A stretch of DNA of 64,000 nt from Phycisphaerae bacterium. GTDB taxonomy: Bacteria > Planctomycetota > Phycisphaerae > UBA1845. The stretch spans positions 1,952,001 to 2,016,000 of the forward strand of contig CAXXGO010000001.1 of NCBI GenBank assembly GCA_963666835.2. Reading direction: 5' to 3'. Positions 38,872-48,555 of the stretch are shown in pieces. Below the pieces are notes generated by a model, which was given only the letters and a program-made list of their open reading frames with translations, did not search any database and was not told the DNA's origin. Within the stretch, counting starts at the first letter, position 1, and the number at the start of each line of letters is the position of its first letter. The position numbers and the translations under genes were made by a program.

Positions 38872-40908
38872 ATGCGAAGTGTAGGTTGTATTGTGAGCGT
38901 CTTGTTGGTTGGATTGGTTGCCACGGCCAGTGCTGCACCTTCCGAGGGACCGGAGATGCTGACGCTTAATCCGTTGGAAACGTGCGTTACGGATGATCCT
39001 GGTATTATCGAAGTCGAGGTGGTGCTTGATGGTATTGTAACCCCCATTAACGGTGTGCAGTTCAATCTTGCCTGGAATCCGGATTCCTGCTGGCAGGTCG
39101 AGAAGGCGGAGGACGATGCCCGGCCGGCCGAGGGCTGGACTCAGATCGGTGAGGAGATCGACTTCGGCAGTGTTTTCTATGCCGTTAATCGGGTGGACGC
39201 GGTTACCGAGGCCGGGGTGGTGGCCGTGATCCGCTTCACCTCGACTCTTGACGAGAATGCCTGCTGTGTAGAGGAGATTTGCCTGGATATGGGGGTCTTC
39301 CCGGAGACCAAGGTGTTCGGCGATCCGGCTCCCTATGCGAGCTATCCGACTTTCGGGGAATGCCAGATTCTGCGGAACGACGCGGAACCCCCGGAGATCG
39401 CCTGTGGGCCGGACAAGTACGTGTATACGCTCCCCGGAGTATGCTGGTGGAAGCCGGCCGATGCGGGAGATCCGATCGAGAAGCCGGTGGTGACGGACAA
39501 CTGTGACGACGATACCTGCCCGACGGGGACATCATACTGGCGCGAGGATAAGGACGCCCCTGACAAGGGCCTAAACAACAAGTACTGGGCGGATCGCCCG
39601 CCGGTGGATATCACGTGGACGGCGACCGATTGCTGCGGGCAGATGGATGAGTGCGTGCAGGTGATTGATGTACACGACAACGAGGCCCCGACGATTCTGC
39701 CGGACGGCGGTCGGACCGAAGTGTACGCAGACGAGTACTGCCTGTATGAGCTCGAGGATGTGCGGGACATCTACACGATCACGGATAACTGCGACCCGGA
39801 TCCGCAGGTTGTGCAAGATCCGATGCCGGGCGGTATCTACGGCTTGGGGCCGATCGACATCGTCATCGGTGCGAACGATAGCCACGGGAACAACGCGACG
39901 GTCAACGGGTTGATCACCGTTGTGGATGTGTTGCCGCCGACGTTCACCATCGTGCCGGAGAATATCGAGATGTGCGCGGACGCCGGCGAGTGCGGCGCCA
40001 TGGTTGAGTGGGCAATCGGGGCTGAGGACGAGTGCGGCGCTGCCTGCACGATTTGCGATCCGCCGTCGGGCTCCACGTTCCCGATCGGGACGACCTCGGT
40101 GACTTGCACCGCGAAGGACGAGTCGGATAACACGACCGAGGTCACCTTCGAAGTTACGGTCAGGCCGTGCTGGAACCTGGATGTCACCGTCGAGCTGCGC
40201 GGGTTCACCGGTCCGCGGCCGTTCGATCGCTGCATGGAGTTCGAGCTGTCTGATTGTGAGTATGGCGCTCTCGCTCCGGTAGTGCTTAATGACGTTATGA
40301 CGTTCGAAACGGGTGTTGGTAACTTGCAGATGGAGGTGCCGGTACCCGAGGTCTGCATCCCCGGGATGTTCGATTGCATGCGGGCTCAGGACGTACGGTA
40401 TTCAATGTGGTCGAATATCGCTCCGCCCAGTATTTACGTGTCACCCGATCAGCGGACGATCATGGCCCAGTGGGTGGGCGATGATGCCTTGATGCTCGGT
40501 GATCTGAACGGCGATAACGGTGTCGACCTGTGGGATTGGCACGTTTGGCTCAGCCAGGCCCAGGACCCGACTCTGATTCCGGAGCTTCCGGCGGACTTGT
40601 GCGATCCGGCGTTCCTGGATCCGACCCTGTTTGCGAATCAGCATTCCGACTTCAGCGGTGACCACCGCGTGACGTCGACGGACTTCGGCCACATTTACGA
40701 CAACTTCGGTCTCCAGGGCGATTGGGATTGCTGCAGCGTTAATCCGGTCCCGGCTCTGGCTACGTCGATGACGGTTGAGGAGCTCGAATCTGCCGGTATG
40801 GGGCTCTTGATCAAGTATGATCGGAACCATGACGGCGTCGTGGATGTACAGGACCTTCGTCTGCGGACTGACGGAGCCAAGACGAAGCGCACTCGAGTCC
40901 GTCGGTAG
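38872..40908 (+). CDS. Secreted cohesin-like / HYR-domain / dockerin-like protein
   Basis: GAGGAG RBS, signal peptide, INGVQFNLAWNP, HYR motif PPSGSTFPIGTTSVTCTAKDESDN, GDLNGDNGVD..D. Confidence 0.88.
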   Translation: MRSVGCIVSVLLVGLVATASAAPSEGPEMLTLNPLETCVTDDPGIIEVEVVLDGIVTPINGVQFNLAWNPDSCWQVEKAEDDARPAEGWTQIGEEIDFGSVFYAVNRVDAVTEAGVVAVIRFTSTLDENACCVEEICLDMGVFPETKVFGDPAPYASYPTFGECQILRNDAEPPEIACGPDKYVYTLPGVCWWKPADAGDPIEKPVVTDNCDDDTCPTGTSYWREDKDAPDKGLNNKYWADRPPVDITWTATDCCGQMDECVQVIDVHDNEAPTILPDGGRTEVYADEYCLYELEDVRDIYTITDNCDPDPQVVQDPMPGGIYGLGPIDIVIGANDSHGNNATVNGLITVVDVLPPTFTIVPENIEMCADAGECGAMVEWAIGAEDECGAACTICDPPSGSTFPIGTTSVTCTAKDESDNTTEVTFEVTVRPCWNLDVTVELRGFTGPRPFDRCMEFELSDCEYGALAPVVLNDVMTFETGVGNLQMEVPVPEVCIPGMFDCMRAQDVRYSMWSNIAPPSIYVSPDQRTIMAQWVGDDALMLGDLNGDNGVDLWDWHVWLSQAQDPTLIPELPADLCDPAFLDPTLFANQHSDFSGDHRVTSTDFGHIYDNFGLQGDWDCCSVNPVPALATSMTVEELESAGMGLLIKYDRNHDGVVDVQDLRLRTDGAKTKRTRVRR

Positions 40909-41187
40909 TCGGCACGATTGGAGTGGCAACCCTGAGAGGATCAGAGAGGTGGTCGGCCAAGAGAGCGGACCTCTCTAATCCGTTGGGGCGGGTTGGCCGA
41001 CGGGGCATCGCGTGGCGCGGGGCCGATAGCGGTCCTGCGCCACGCCCCGACGGGCCAGCAGTCCTTGCTTTGTAGTCTTGTGAAAGAGCGCGACCCTACC
41101 TCCAAAACGCGGCGAAATCGCGATGCCGCCAGGGGGGTGGGCATGATCTCTTCGCAAAAGGGGGGATCATCATAGGAGGTTTTCGGG

Positions 41188-41472
41188 ATGGAGGTCGACT
41201 CAGTTGCACTGCGTACGGCGCTCGCCGCGATCGGGTGCAGCGATAGCTTCATTGCATCCGTGTTGGCCAGTGCTGAATGCTGGGACGGTATGCGCGAGTC
41301 AGCGACGCCGGCGCGGAACGCTCAGATGAGCCCGGCGCAAGTGTCTCCTCCGGTCGAAGCTGGCGGGGAGGAGTTTGAACCGCTCACGGAGCTCTATCGA
41401 GTAATGCTGGAGCCTGGGTGCGCCGGTACCAACGGGCATCGGTACGTTCAGCCGCAGCGTTCCTGTCGGTAG
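41188..41472 (+). CDS. Small hypothetical protein; N-terminus similar to the 41968 gene
   Basis: AGGAGG RBS; MEVDSVALRTALAAIG resembles MDVNRTQLTEALRAVG. Confidence 0.55.
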   Translation: MEVDSVALRTALAAIGCSDSFIASVLASAECWDGMRESATPARNAQMSPAQVSPPVEAGGEEFEPLTELYRVMLEPGCAGTNGHRYVQPQRSCR

Positions 41473-41763
41473 CAGCATCCACAACGCGGTAGGAGTTCGA
41501 TAGCGAAGGGCGGCCCGCACGGACGGGTCGCCCTTCTTCTGTTTGGTCGTAGTTCGTTTCAGCCGGTGGGCTTAGCCGTCGCAGCACTCAACGGTCATCC
41601 TTGCTCGCCGGGAGCGGGCTTGCACTTCGCCGAATTCCCAGCAGGGCTAACACCCAGAAAGACCCGGCGGTTCGAGTGGCCGAGGCGATCGCGAAAGTAG
41701 GCGGATCAAACCCGAGCCCAGGACGGCCGCCGCAAAAATTCTTGAAAGAAACCAGAAATAGGT

Positions 41764-41791
41764 TTGACATGCCGTACCCATGGTGTACACT
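41764..41791 (+). promoter_or_regulatory. Sigma-70-type promoter
   Basis: TTGACA-N16-TACACT with an A-rich tract upstream, in otherwise GC-rich DNA. Confidence 0.6.
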
Positions 41792-41967
41792 TATTGTACT
41801 GGTGTTGTCCACTTGCAGGGTACGAAAGGTGGCTATCAGATGGCTACTGGCGTATTCAAGGCTGGTGGTCGAGAGTTGGGCACGGCAGACGGTCGGCCGC
41901 CTTTGGCTGAACGGGGCAGTGGCTGGTGTGATAGGTCGTGAAATGGTTCGGATTGGGGAGGATCGGG

Positions 41968-42405
41968 ATGGACGTTAACCGGACCCAACTGACGGAGGCG
42001 CTCCGGGCGGTCGGGCTGGGCGAGGCGGCGGTTGACAGGGTCGTCAGCGTCGTTGAGCAGCTTGGCATGCATTCTGGGCGTCGTGATCCTGTAGTTCTGG
42101 CGCAAGGCCGGCGGCGGGAGTCGGCCAAGAACGGTGGAGGCGCGGAGCGGCGGAAAACGCTGGATCAGAAGATCCAGACGAAGTTCGACACCGCTACGCG
42201 GCAGGACATCGAGGATCTGTCCCAGTACTTCGGCGTTCCGGCGTCCGAGGTCATTCGGACGGCGTTTCGGGTCTATGCCTGGGCAAGACAGCAAGTCGCC
42301 AAGGGTATGGACGTTGGAGCGTACGACAGCGAGCGTGGGATGTTCATTGCTTATGATATTCCGTACGCGACCCCGCCGGTGGGGACAGTAGCTGACGGGA
42401 GATAG
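41968..42405 (+). CDS. Ribbon-helix-helix (CopG-like) domain protein
   Basis: GGAGG RBS; KIQTKFD...IEDLSQYFGVPASEVIRTAFRVY beta-alpha-alpha pattern. Confidence 0.7.
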   Translation: MDVNRTQLTEALRAVGLGEAAVDRVVSVVEQLGMHSGRRDPVVLAQGRRRESAKNGGGAERRKTLDQKIQTKFDTATRQDIEDLSQYFGVPASEVIRTAFRVYAWARQQVAKGMDVGAYDSERGMFIAYDIPYATPPVGTVADGR

Positions 42406-42524
42406 ACGGCGAAGATCGTCTCGAAGTACCGGCGATAGCCGCCGGTCGCGGTAAGGATCTTCGGCGGAAAGCAAGCAAAGGTACTATAACGATATAGGCA
42501 TTATTATGTCTGGAGGAGAGAATC

Positions 42525-43187
42525 ATGGCATTGGGAATGAACGATCGGAACGGAACGAAGGGCATTGTGGGGGTGTTGGCAGCCGTTGCGGTGGCGTGCA
42601 TGCCGGTTACGAGCCTGGGGGAGCTTATTGATTTGGATTTGCGGCTTCCGGCAGGGGCGCCGGCCACATACAACGTGGGCGATGATGTGTTGGTCGAATT
42701 GTGGTTCGAATGGGATGGGGATGGAACGGCTCCGAAGTGGACCGGGGCGGATGTGTTCTTCGCCTGGGATGCCGCACTTGACTTCACGGGTTGGCAGGAC
42801 GCTGTGCCGGATCCGGGACCGGACGCGTGGCCCATTGATAACTCCGGGGTGCTCCCCACTGATCCTGTGGACCCCCAGCAGAGGCTTTGGTGGGGCACAA
42901 CCGGCAACCATGGAGACGTGGAATCGGTTGCGGCACCCGGGATGCACATAACAACTCTCGAGTTTGAAGCGGTAAGTGCTGCGGATTGGGCGGTGGTCGA
43001 GATTATCGAGGGCGATGCCTGGGGCGACACGAGCATACGCCTCGGTTCTTCGTGGGATAACCTTGCCGGCAGTCTGGGTGACATGGGCGTGATCGTTGTG
43101 CCCGAGCCGGCGGCCGGGGCGTTGGCACTGGCAGGGCTGGTCTGCCTTGGTTTCCGGGTGATGAGAAGACGCGAGAGGCAGGCCTAG
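42525..43187 (+). CDS. PEP-CTERM sorting domain protein (possible cohesin-like fold)
   Basis: Signal peptide; C-terminal VPEP + TM + RRRER. Confidence 0.88.
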   Translation: MALGMNDRNGTKGIVGVLAAVAVACMPVTSLGELIDLDLRLPAGAPATYNVGDDVLVELWFEWDGDGTAPKWTGADVFFAWDAALDFTGWQDAVPDPGPDAWPIDNSGVLPTDPVDPQQRLWWGTTGNHGDVESVAAPGMHITTLEFEAVSAADWAVVEIIEGDAWGDTSIRLGSSWDNLAGSLGDMGVIVVPEPAAGALALAGLVCLGFRVMRRRERQA

Positions 43188-43360
43188 CGAACGAGAATGC
43201 CGCGCGCTTAGTCGGTATGATTGGCCGTGGACGGTGCGAATGGAGGCAGGAAGCTCCGCAAGGCGAGTTCGCTGATTCACCCGGCTGGGTCTTCGCTTCC
43301 AAGAGTCCGGTACGAGACGGTAGGTTTGAGATAAGGCGACCATCCTGAGGGGGAAGGGCA

Positions 43361-44083
43361 GTGAGGAATCTTTGGCGTACGTTGATCACGGCGGGAATCG
43401 TGGTTTGCCAGATCGGCAGGGTCGCTCTGGCGGAAGGTCCGGAGCGTTTGGAACTGGCAACGATGCAAAGCGCGGGATCGGCGACGGCGGTCCTGCAGGT
43501 TGAACTCAGTGATATCGACCAGGACCATCCCATCTACGGGGTGACCATGAACCTGGAGTGGGATCCGGGGAGTTGCTGGCAGATAGCCGCCCCCGAAGAC
43601 GCTGCACCCGGGCCCGGTTTCGACAACATGCAGCCGGCGATCAGTCCGGGCAGTATTAGCTTCACCGCTACCCGTACTGATGCTATCGAGATCGGACAGG
43701 TTGTCGCCACCTTTACGTTTACGGCCGAGATTGGTAGCGAGGATTGTTGTCTGGAGCAAGTTTGCCTGGCTCCCGGAGCGTTTCCCACGACGACCTCGTT
43801 GATAGGGCCTGGATATCCGCCCGGTCAGCCACCCTACCGGAGCGTGCCGATCCTGGGCCCTTGCGTGGGACTGCGGGTTCTCGGCGATGTGGACGTCGAT
43901 GGGAACGTAGACTTGGAGGATGCCGACCGGTTCATCGGTTGCATGGATGGTCCTGCTAGTGCGCCGACGGATCCGTGCTGTACCGTGTTTGATTACGTTG
44001 CCGACGAGATGATCGACCTTCGCGATCTCGCGGAGTTTATGAACGACGTGACCGATGCCGTTTCCGTGAGTGCTTCCGATTGA
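43361..44083 (+). CDS. Secreted cohesin-like + dockerin-like protein, paralog of the N-terminus of 38872
   Basis: PIYGVTMNLEWDPGSCWQ vs PINGVQFNLAWNPDSCWQ; GDVDVDGNVDLED...IDLRDLAEF. Confidence 0.85.
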   Translation: MRNLWRTLITAGIVVCQIGRVALAEGPERLELATMQSAGSATAVLQVELSDIDQDHPIYGVTMNLEWDPGSCWQIAAPEDAAPGPGFDNMQPAISPGSISFTATRTDAIEIGQVVATFTFTAEIGSEDCCLEQVCLAPGAFPTTTSLIGPGYPPGQPPYRSVPILGPCVGLRVLGDVDVDGNVDLEDADRFIGCMDGPASAPTDPCCTVFDYVADEMIDLRDLAEFMNDVTDAVSVSASD

Positions 44084-44241
44084 TGCAGGTAGTCGTGGGT
44101 TCGGATTGCCGAAAGCGAAGAGCGGAGTTCCGACGGGACTCTGAGTTGTAGGATGCTGAGAATATATGGGTGGAACTTTCGATCGGCACGGGGCGGTGTG
44201 GCGATCGAGAGTCGGCTGTTGCGAAGCAGGGGTGAGTATGC

Positions 44242-44571
44242 TCAGGTGCCTACGACAATGCGTCGGCAGAGCTGTTTGAGTTCCTCAACGGAGGCGCTGC
44301 AGTCGTCGACGGAGGCGGCCTTGGCTTTCTGCTCCAACTCGGTCGCGTGCTTGGTCAGAATGGGGTATCCGTAACCGCCTCCGCTTCCTTTGAGCTGATG
44401 GGCCGCGACGCGCAGGGCTTCGAAATCCGCCGCGTTGACTGCTTCTTCCATCGTTCTCAGACGCTCGCCCAGGCCATCGACGAACTGCACCACGATGTCC
44501 GCAAAGGAGGCATCTTCCGCGACGAGTTCGGAACCGATGGGATCCTCAGGCATTGGATTCTCACTGGTCAT
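44242..44571 (-). CDS. Stand-alone Hpt (histidine phosphotransfer) protein
   Basis: AHQLKGSGGGYG motif; 109 aa, helical. Confidence 0.92.
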   Translation of the reverse strand: MTSENPMPEDPIGSELVAEDASFADIVVQFVDGLGERLRTMEEAVNAADFEALRVAAHQLKGSGGGYGYPILTKHATELEQKAKAASVDDCSASVEELKQLCRRIVVGT

Positions 44572-44976
44572 GCTCTTAGCCCTTGTCTTGCCGGCGCGTT
44601 GCCCGACGCACGATTCCCCCGACCCACCGTAGGTCAGTTATCGTCATCTGTTAGAGCGCAGTTTTGTTAACGTCCGTGTCGGTTGACGTGCGGGTCCGTG
44701 CCGCAGGACTTGCTTGTATATTGTATAGTGGTGCCGGTGACGCCGCTGTCGGCCCCTTGATCGCGCGGAGGCCTCACGTGGGTATGCTATTGCGCGGCGA
44801 AAGCTGCAGGGTTATAGGGCGTTGGCGCGACGGAAGCACGGTCGATAGGCCGGCGGACCCGCAGACAGCATAGTAGGCCGCCGATAATGGTGTTGAGCGC
44901 GGGGATTCCGTCCGGCTCGCGGGGGCCGACACGGTTCTGAGCAAAACGGACAAACCGACGGTGCCCCATTTGCGGG

Positions 44977-46821
44977 GTGATGGTGAAGACCTTGTCTACG
45001 GCTAGGATCCTACTGAGTTCTGCTATCTTGGCGATCGGCGGCGTTCCGTTGGGATGCGGTCCGGTTTCGGTATCGGATGCGATCGATGATGCCGACGAGG
45101 TGTACGTATTCGAGGACGACGAAGATCCGGCAACGGCCGCTCTCCCAGTGGTGGAGGGCGAACTACTGGTCCAGCCGTTCCCCGGAGCGGGGGACGAGTC
45201 CCTGGTGCAGGTTTACTCTGCGGCGGGCGCGGCGCGGATCGGGCAGCTCGCGGAAATCGGAGTCGACGTGCTGGAGGTCGATCCGGACCAACTTGCAGAA
45301 GCGGCCGGGCAACTCTCCGAAAGTGGTCTTATTGAGGGGATCCACAAGAACTACCTTCTTAGAGCGGAGGAGATCCCCGACGATCCGCTGTATCAGCAAC
45401 AACCCCACCTCAGGCAGATAAAGGCCGAGGATGCGTGGGATATGAGTATTGGTGACGAAGATGTCATCATCGCGATTGTCGATACCGGGGTGGATCCGGA
45501 TCATCCCGACCTGGCCGACAAGATCATCGATGGTTGGAACGTCTTCGACGGAGACTCCGACTTCGGTGCGGGGCTTGATCACGGCACTCTCGTTGCCGGT
45601 GTGGCGGGGGCATTATCCGACAACGACACGGGAGTTGCCGGGGTTGCCTGGGACTGCCCGATCATTGCCGTGCGAGCAACCGGCGCAACGGGAGGAACCA
45701 GTGCGCGAGATCTGGCCGCGGGGATTCTGTGGGCAACGGGTCATGGGGCTCGGGTAATCAACGTCAGCTTCGCCCCGCTCTGGTCTAACAGTATAGTCAG
45801 CTCGGCGGCCGAGTATGCCTACGCACGGGGGGCTCTGGTTGTCATCAGCTCGGGGAATTCCGGTGGCACCCATTCCGCATCCGGATATCCGGAGGCGTTG
45901 TTCGTTGGGGCGGTCGATGACGATGGGCGTATTGCCGACTTCTCCGATCGCGGACCTTTTGTCGACGTGGTGGCCCCCGGGGTATCGATCCGCTCTACGG
46001 CACCCGAGGCGACTTACCGGGTAGCCAGCGGCACGTCGTTCGCTGCTCCGATTGTCACCGGATTAGCGGCGCTGGTTTGGTCGGTTAACCCGGATTTACG
46101 CCCCGTATCCGTTGTGGAGATCATCACGGGCAGCGCCACGGACATCGGGAGCCGGGGTGAAGACAGCACCTACGGCTTCGGGCTGGTCAATGCTGAACAG
46201 GCACTGGAGGACGCGGCCGATTGGTCGGTTGAGAGCGACCACACGCCGCCTACCGTCAGGATCACTCGGCCCTCGGATAACGCGGTCCTGACCGGGAACA
46301 CCGCCGTATCCGTCGCGGCGACAGATCGGTGGGGGGTCGCTGACGTAGTGTTGTCGGTGGATGGTGTCCCGTTTGCCACTGATGGGCGAAGTCCGTATCG
46401 CTTCGTAATCGATACGACGCAATACTCGCCCGGACGGCATGAGCTGAGCGTCGTGGCTACGGACCATGCGGGTAACCCCGCAACGGAGAAGACGGTGTCA
46501 GTCGTTTTCGGGGCGACCGATGACGGAGATGCGGCGGAGTCGGAAGGTGGCATTGTCTTCGTATCTCCGTCCGAGGGATCGACCGTTTCCGGAACCGTCA
46601 CTATCAAGGCGGTGGTGTCCGCGGAGGCCGGTCTGGCGACCGCAGAGTGGCTGGTGGACGGTTCGTCACGTCTGGTCAGCAAGATGTCGGGCAAGTCCTC
46701 GGAAGTGGTCTACGCCTGGCGCACAGCCGGAGTCGATGCCGGGACGCACACGATATCCCTGGTGGTGATCGATAGCGCCGGTGGACGATTCAGTGAAAGT
46801 CTGACGCTGAAGACGCGCTGA
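44977..46821 (+). CDS. S8 family (subtilisin-like) serine peptidase with two C-terminal Ig-like domains
   Basis: Catalytic triad motifs VDTG, HGT and SGTSFAAP; oxyanion SGN; probable lipoprotein (PLGC). Confidence 0.95.
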   Translation: MMVKTLSTARILLSSAILAIGGVPLGCGPVSVSDAIDDADEVYVFEDDEDPATAALPVVEGELLVQPFPGAGDESLVQVYSAAGAARIGQLAEIGVDVLEVDPDQLAEAAGQLSESGLIEGIHKNYLLRAEEIPDDPLYQQQPHLRQIKAEDAWDMSIGDEDVIIAIVDTGVDPDHPDLADKIIDGWNVFDGDSDFGAGLDHGTLVAGVAGALSDNDTGVAGVAWDCPIIAVRATGATGGTSARDLAAGILWATGHGARVINVSFAPLWSNSIVSSAAEYAYARGALVVISSGNSGGTHSASGYPEALFVGAVDDDGRIADFSDRGPFVDVVAPGVSIRSTAPEATYRVASGTSFAAPIVTGLAALVWSVNPDLRPVSVVEIITGSATDIGSRGEDSTYGFGLVNAEQALEDAADWSVESDHTPPTVRITRPSDNAVLTGNTAVSVAATDRWGVADVVLSVDGVPFATDGRSPYRFVIDTTQYSPGRHELSVVATDHAGNPATEKTVSVVFGATDDGDAAESEGGIVFVSPSEGSTVSGTVTIKAVVSAEAGLATAEWLVDGSSRLVSKMSGKSSEVVYAWRTAGVDAGTHTISLVVIDSAGGRFSESLTLKTR

Positions 46822-47316
46822 CAACCCGCACCCGCCTGGCAATCGTACTCGGTGTATTGATCTGCGGGCGCGCCGTGAGCTACCGGGCGAGGGCCGCGCT
46901 TTTCCTCGACAAGCCGCTTCTATAGACCATAAAGTCGTTTAGCTTGGCCGATCACCGCACGGTGGTCTCGTTGTTTCTGCGCTCGGTCTTCACCGGCCTT
47001 TCTCTTTTTCGTTCGTTTCTATTCTGCTAAACTGGGACCATACGGGAGTTCAACGGGCCGGACGCCCTGAGATGCCGGCGTTTCGTCACACCTGGGTTTT
47101 CGAGTGTGCCGCTGCTTTCGAGTAGTCCGGGGATGGGGCACGGTGCGGATCTAACCCGGACCTCTACGTGTGGCGGAGCATTAGCTTGGCTGATGTCACG
47201 ACCGATATGGCAGTCCAGTCTCTCCGGCAGTCTGAGGAATCAGGATGCCCGCCGGAGTCCGCCCCGATCGGGCGAGACGCGGCTACGCAGGAAATTGCAG
47301 TTCAAGGAGGACGGCG

Positions 47317-48390
47317 ATGGCGAAAACGCGGTGTTCCCGCCTTTCGGTAGTATGGTGTGTTGGCGTGCTCTTGGCACTGAGTGGGTGCCAGGCGCCTGGC
47401 GGGAAAGGCAGATTGGACCGAGATAACGCAAAGGCGGCGCGCGCGGTTTCTGCGACCGCCCAATCGGACTTGGTGGTATGCTCCTGGAACATTAAGTGGT
47501 TCGGTAGGTCGGAGCCGAGCAAATACGATCTAACGGCGATCGCCGACTTCGCGCAGACCTGTGACGTGCTGGCCGTTCAGGAGGTTACGGGGCGCTACTA
47601 CGAGGAGTGTCTCGATGCGGTGATCGCCAAGCTGGCCGAGCGGGGCCTGTCGTATCGCTACGAGTGCAGCGAAGAGACGGGTTACGACGAGAATCCGGAC
47701 CCGAACAAACACAACTACCTGGAGCGCTTTGCGTTCCTATGGAACGCGGATTCGGTGGACCTTACCGACACGGCTGGTCTGGTCAGCGATCCGGCCATCA
47801 ACCATTCAGTATTTCGCCAAGTTCCGTTTGTGGCCGACTTCGCAGTGACCGGGGGGCGAGGGTTCGACTTCCGCGTAATGACGGTCCACACGACGTACAA
47901 CAAGGATATCAATTACGTTCGGCGTGACGAGATCAGTTTCATAAGAGACTGGGTTGTCGCTGAGTCTCATGGCGACGAGCAGAACATCATTGCTATCGGA
48001 GATTTCAATGCGAATCCGCCGTCTCAATCGCAGGGGCACTTTTTCGCCGAGATCATCCCCGACGAGTCGGATTTCCGGGTACTGATGTACGAGTCGGCTG
48101 CGGCGGGTGAGACGCCCGTGCGTACGACGGTGCCGACGAAGGACTCATCTGCCGATCCCGACTACTTCATTGAACCGGTGTACGATCACATTCTCGTATC
48201 CCATCCGACAAGTTATGCGTTGCCCGGCAATCCCATGACCAGGCGCGACGGACACATGGGAGTCGCGGAATTCGATAACGATTCACGTTGGATGGAGCTG
48301 GGTCTGACGCGGCGTCAGATCATTCGAGCGGTCTCCGACCATCGCCCCGTGTGGTTTAAACTTGATTACCATGCCGAAGATCTCGATTGA
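47317..48390 (+). CDS. Endonuclease/exonuclease/phosphatase (DNase I-like) lipoprotein
   Basis: AAGGAGG RBS, lipobox LSGC; SWNIK, VQEV, GDFNA, YDHI, SDHRPV. Confidence 0.92.
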   Translation: MAKTRCSRLSVVWCVGVLLALSGCQAPGGKGRLDRDNAKAARAVSATAQSDLVVCSWNIKWFGRSEPSKYDLTAIADFAQTCDVLAVQEVTGRYYEECLDAVIAKLAERGLSYRYECSEETGYDENPDPNKHNYLERFAFLWNADSVDLTDTAGLVSDPAINHSVFRQVPFVADFAVTGGRGFDFRVMTVHTTYNKDINYVRRDEISFIRDWVVAESHGDEQNIIAIGDFNANPPSQSQGHFFAEIIPDESDFRVLMYESAAAGETPVRTTVPTKDSSADPDYFIEPVYDHILVSHPTSYALPGNPMTRRDGHMGVAEFDNDSRWMELGLTRRQIIRAVSDHRPVWFKLDYHAEDLD

Positions 48391-48555
48391 GTACGGGGTA
48401 TCTGGTGCAATTCCGCGCGCTTTTGGGGGCGGCTTCGGCTGCGGTTCGCACTATGTCGATTCGAGTTTGGGGTTATAGGGCCGGCGTGTTATAATCCGCT
48501 GGTCTAATCGGTTACGCTCGTGAGCGACGCACACTTTCTTGTCGGAGGGGCGAGG

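Noticed and set aside
46822..47316. Possible riboswitch upstream of the nuclease gene (CTGAGA motif, T-rich tract)
   Set aside because: The remaining TPP or other riboswitch consensus elements could not be found by eye; an Rfam scan would be needed.
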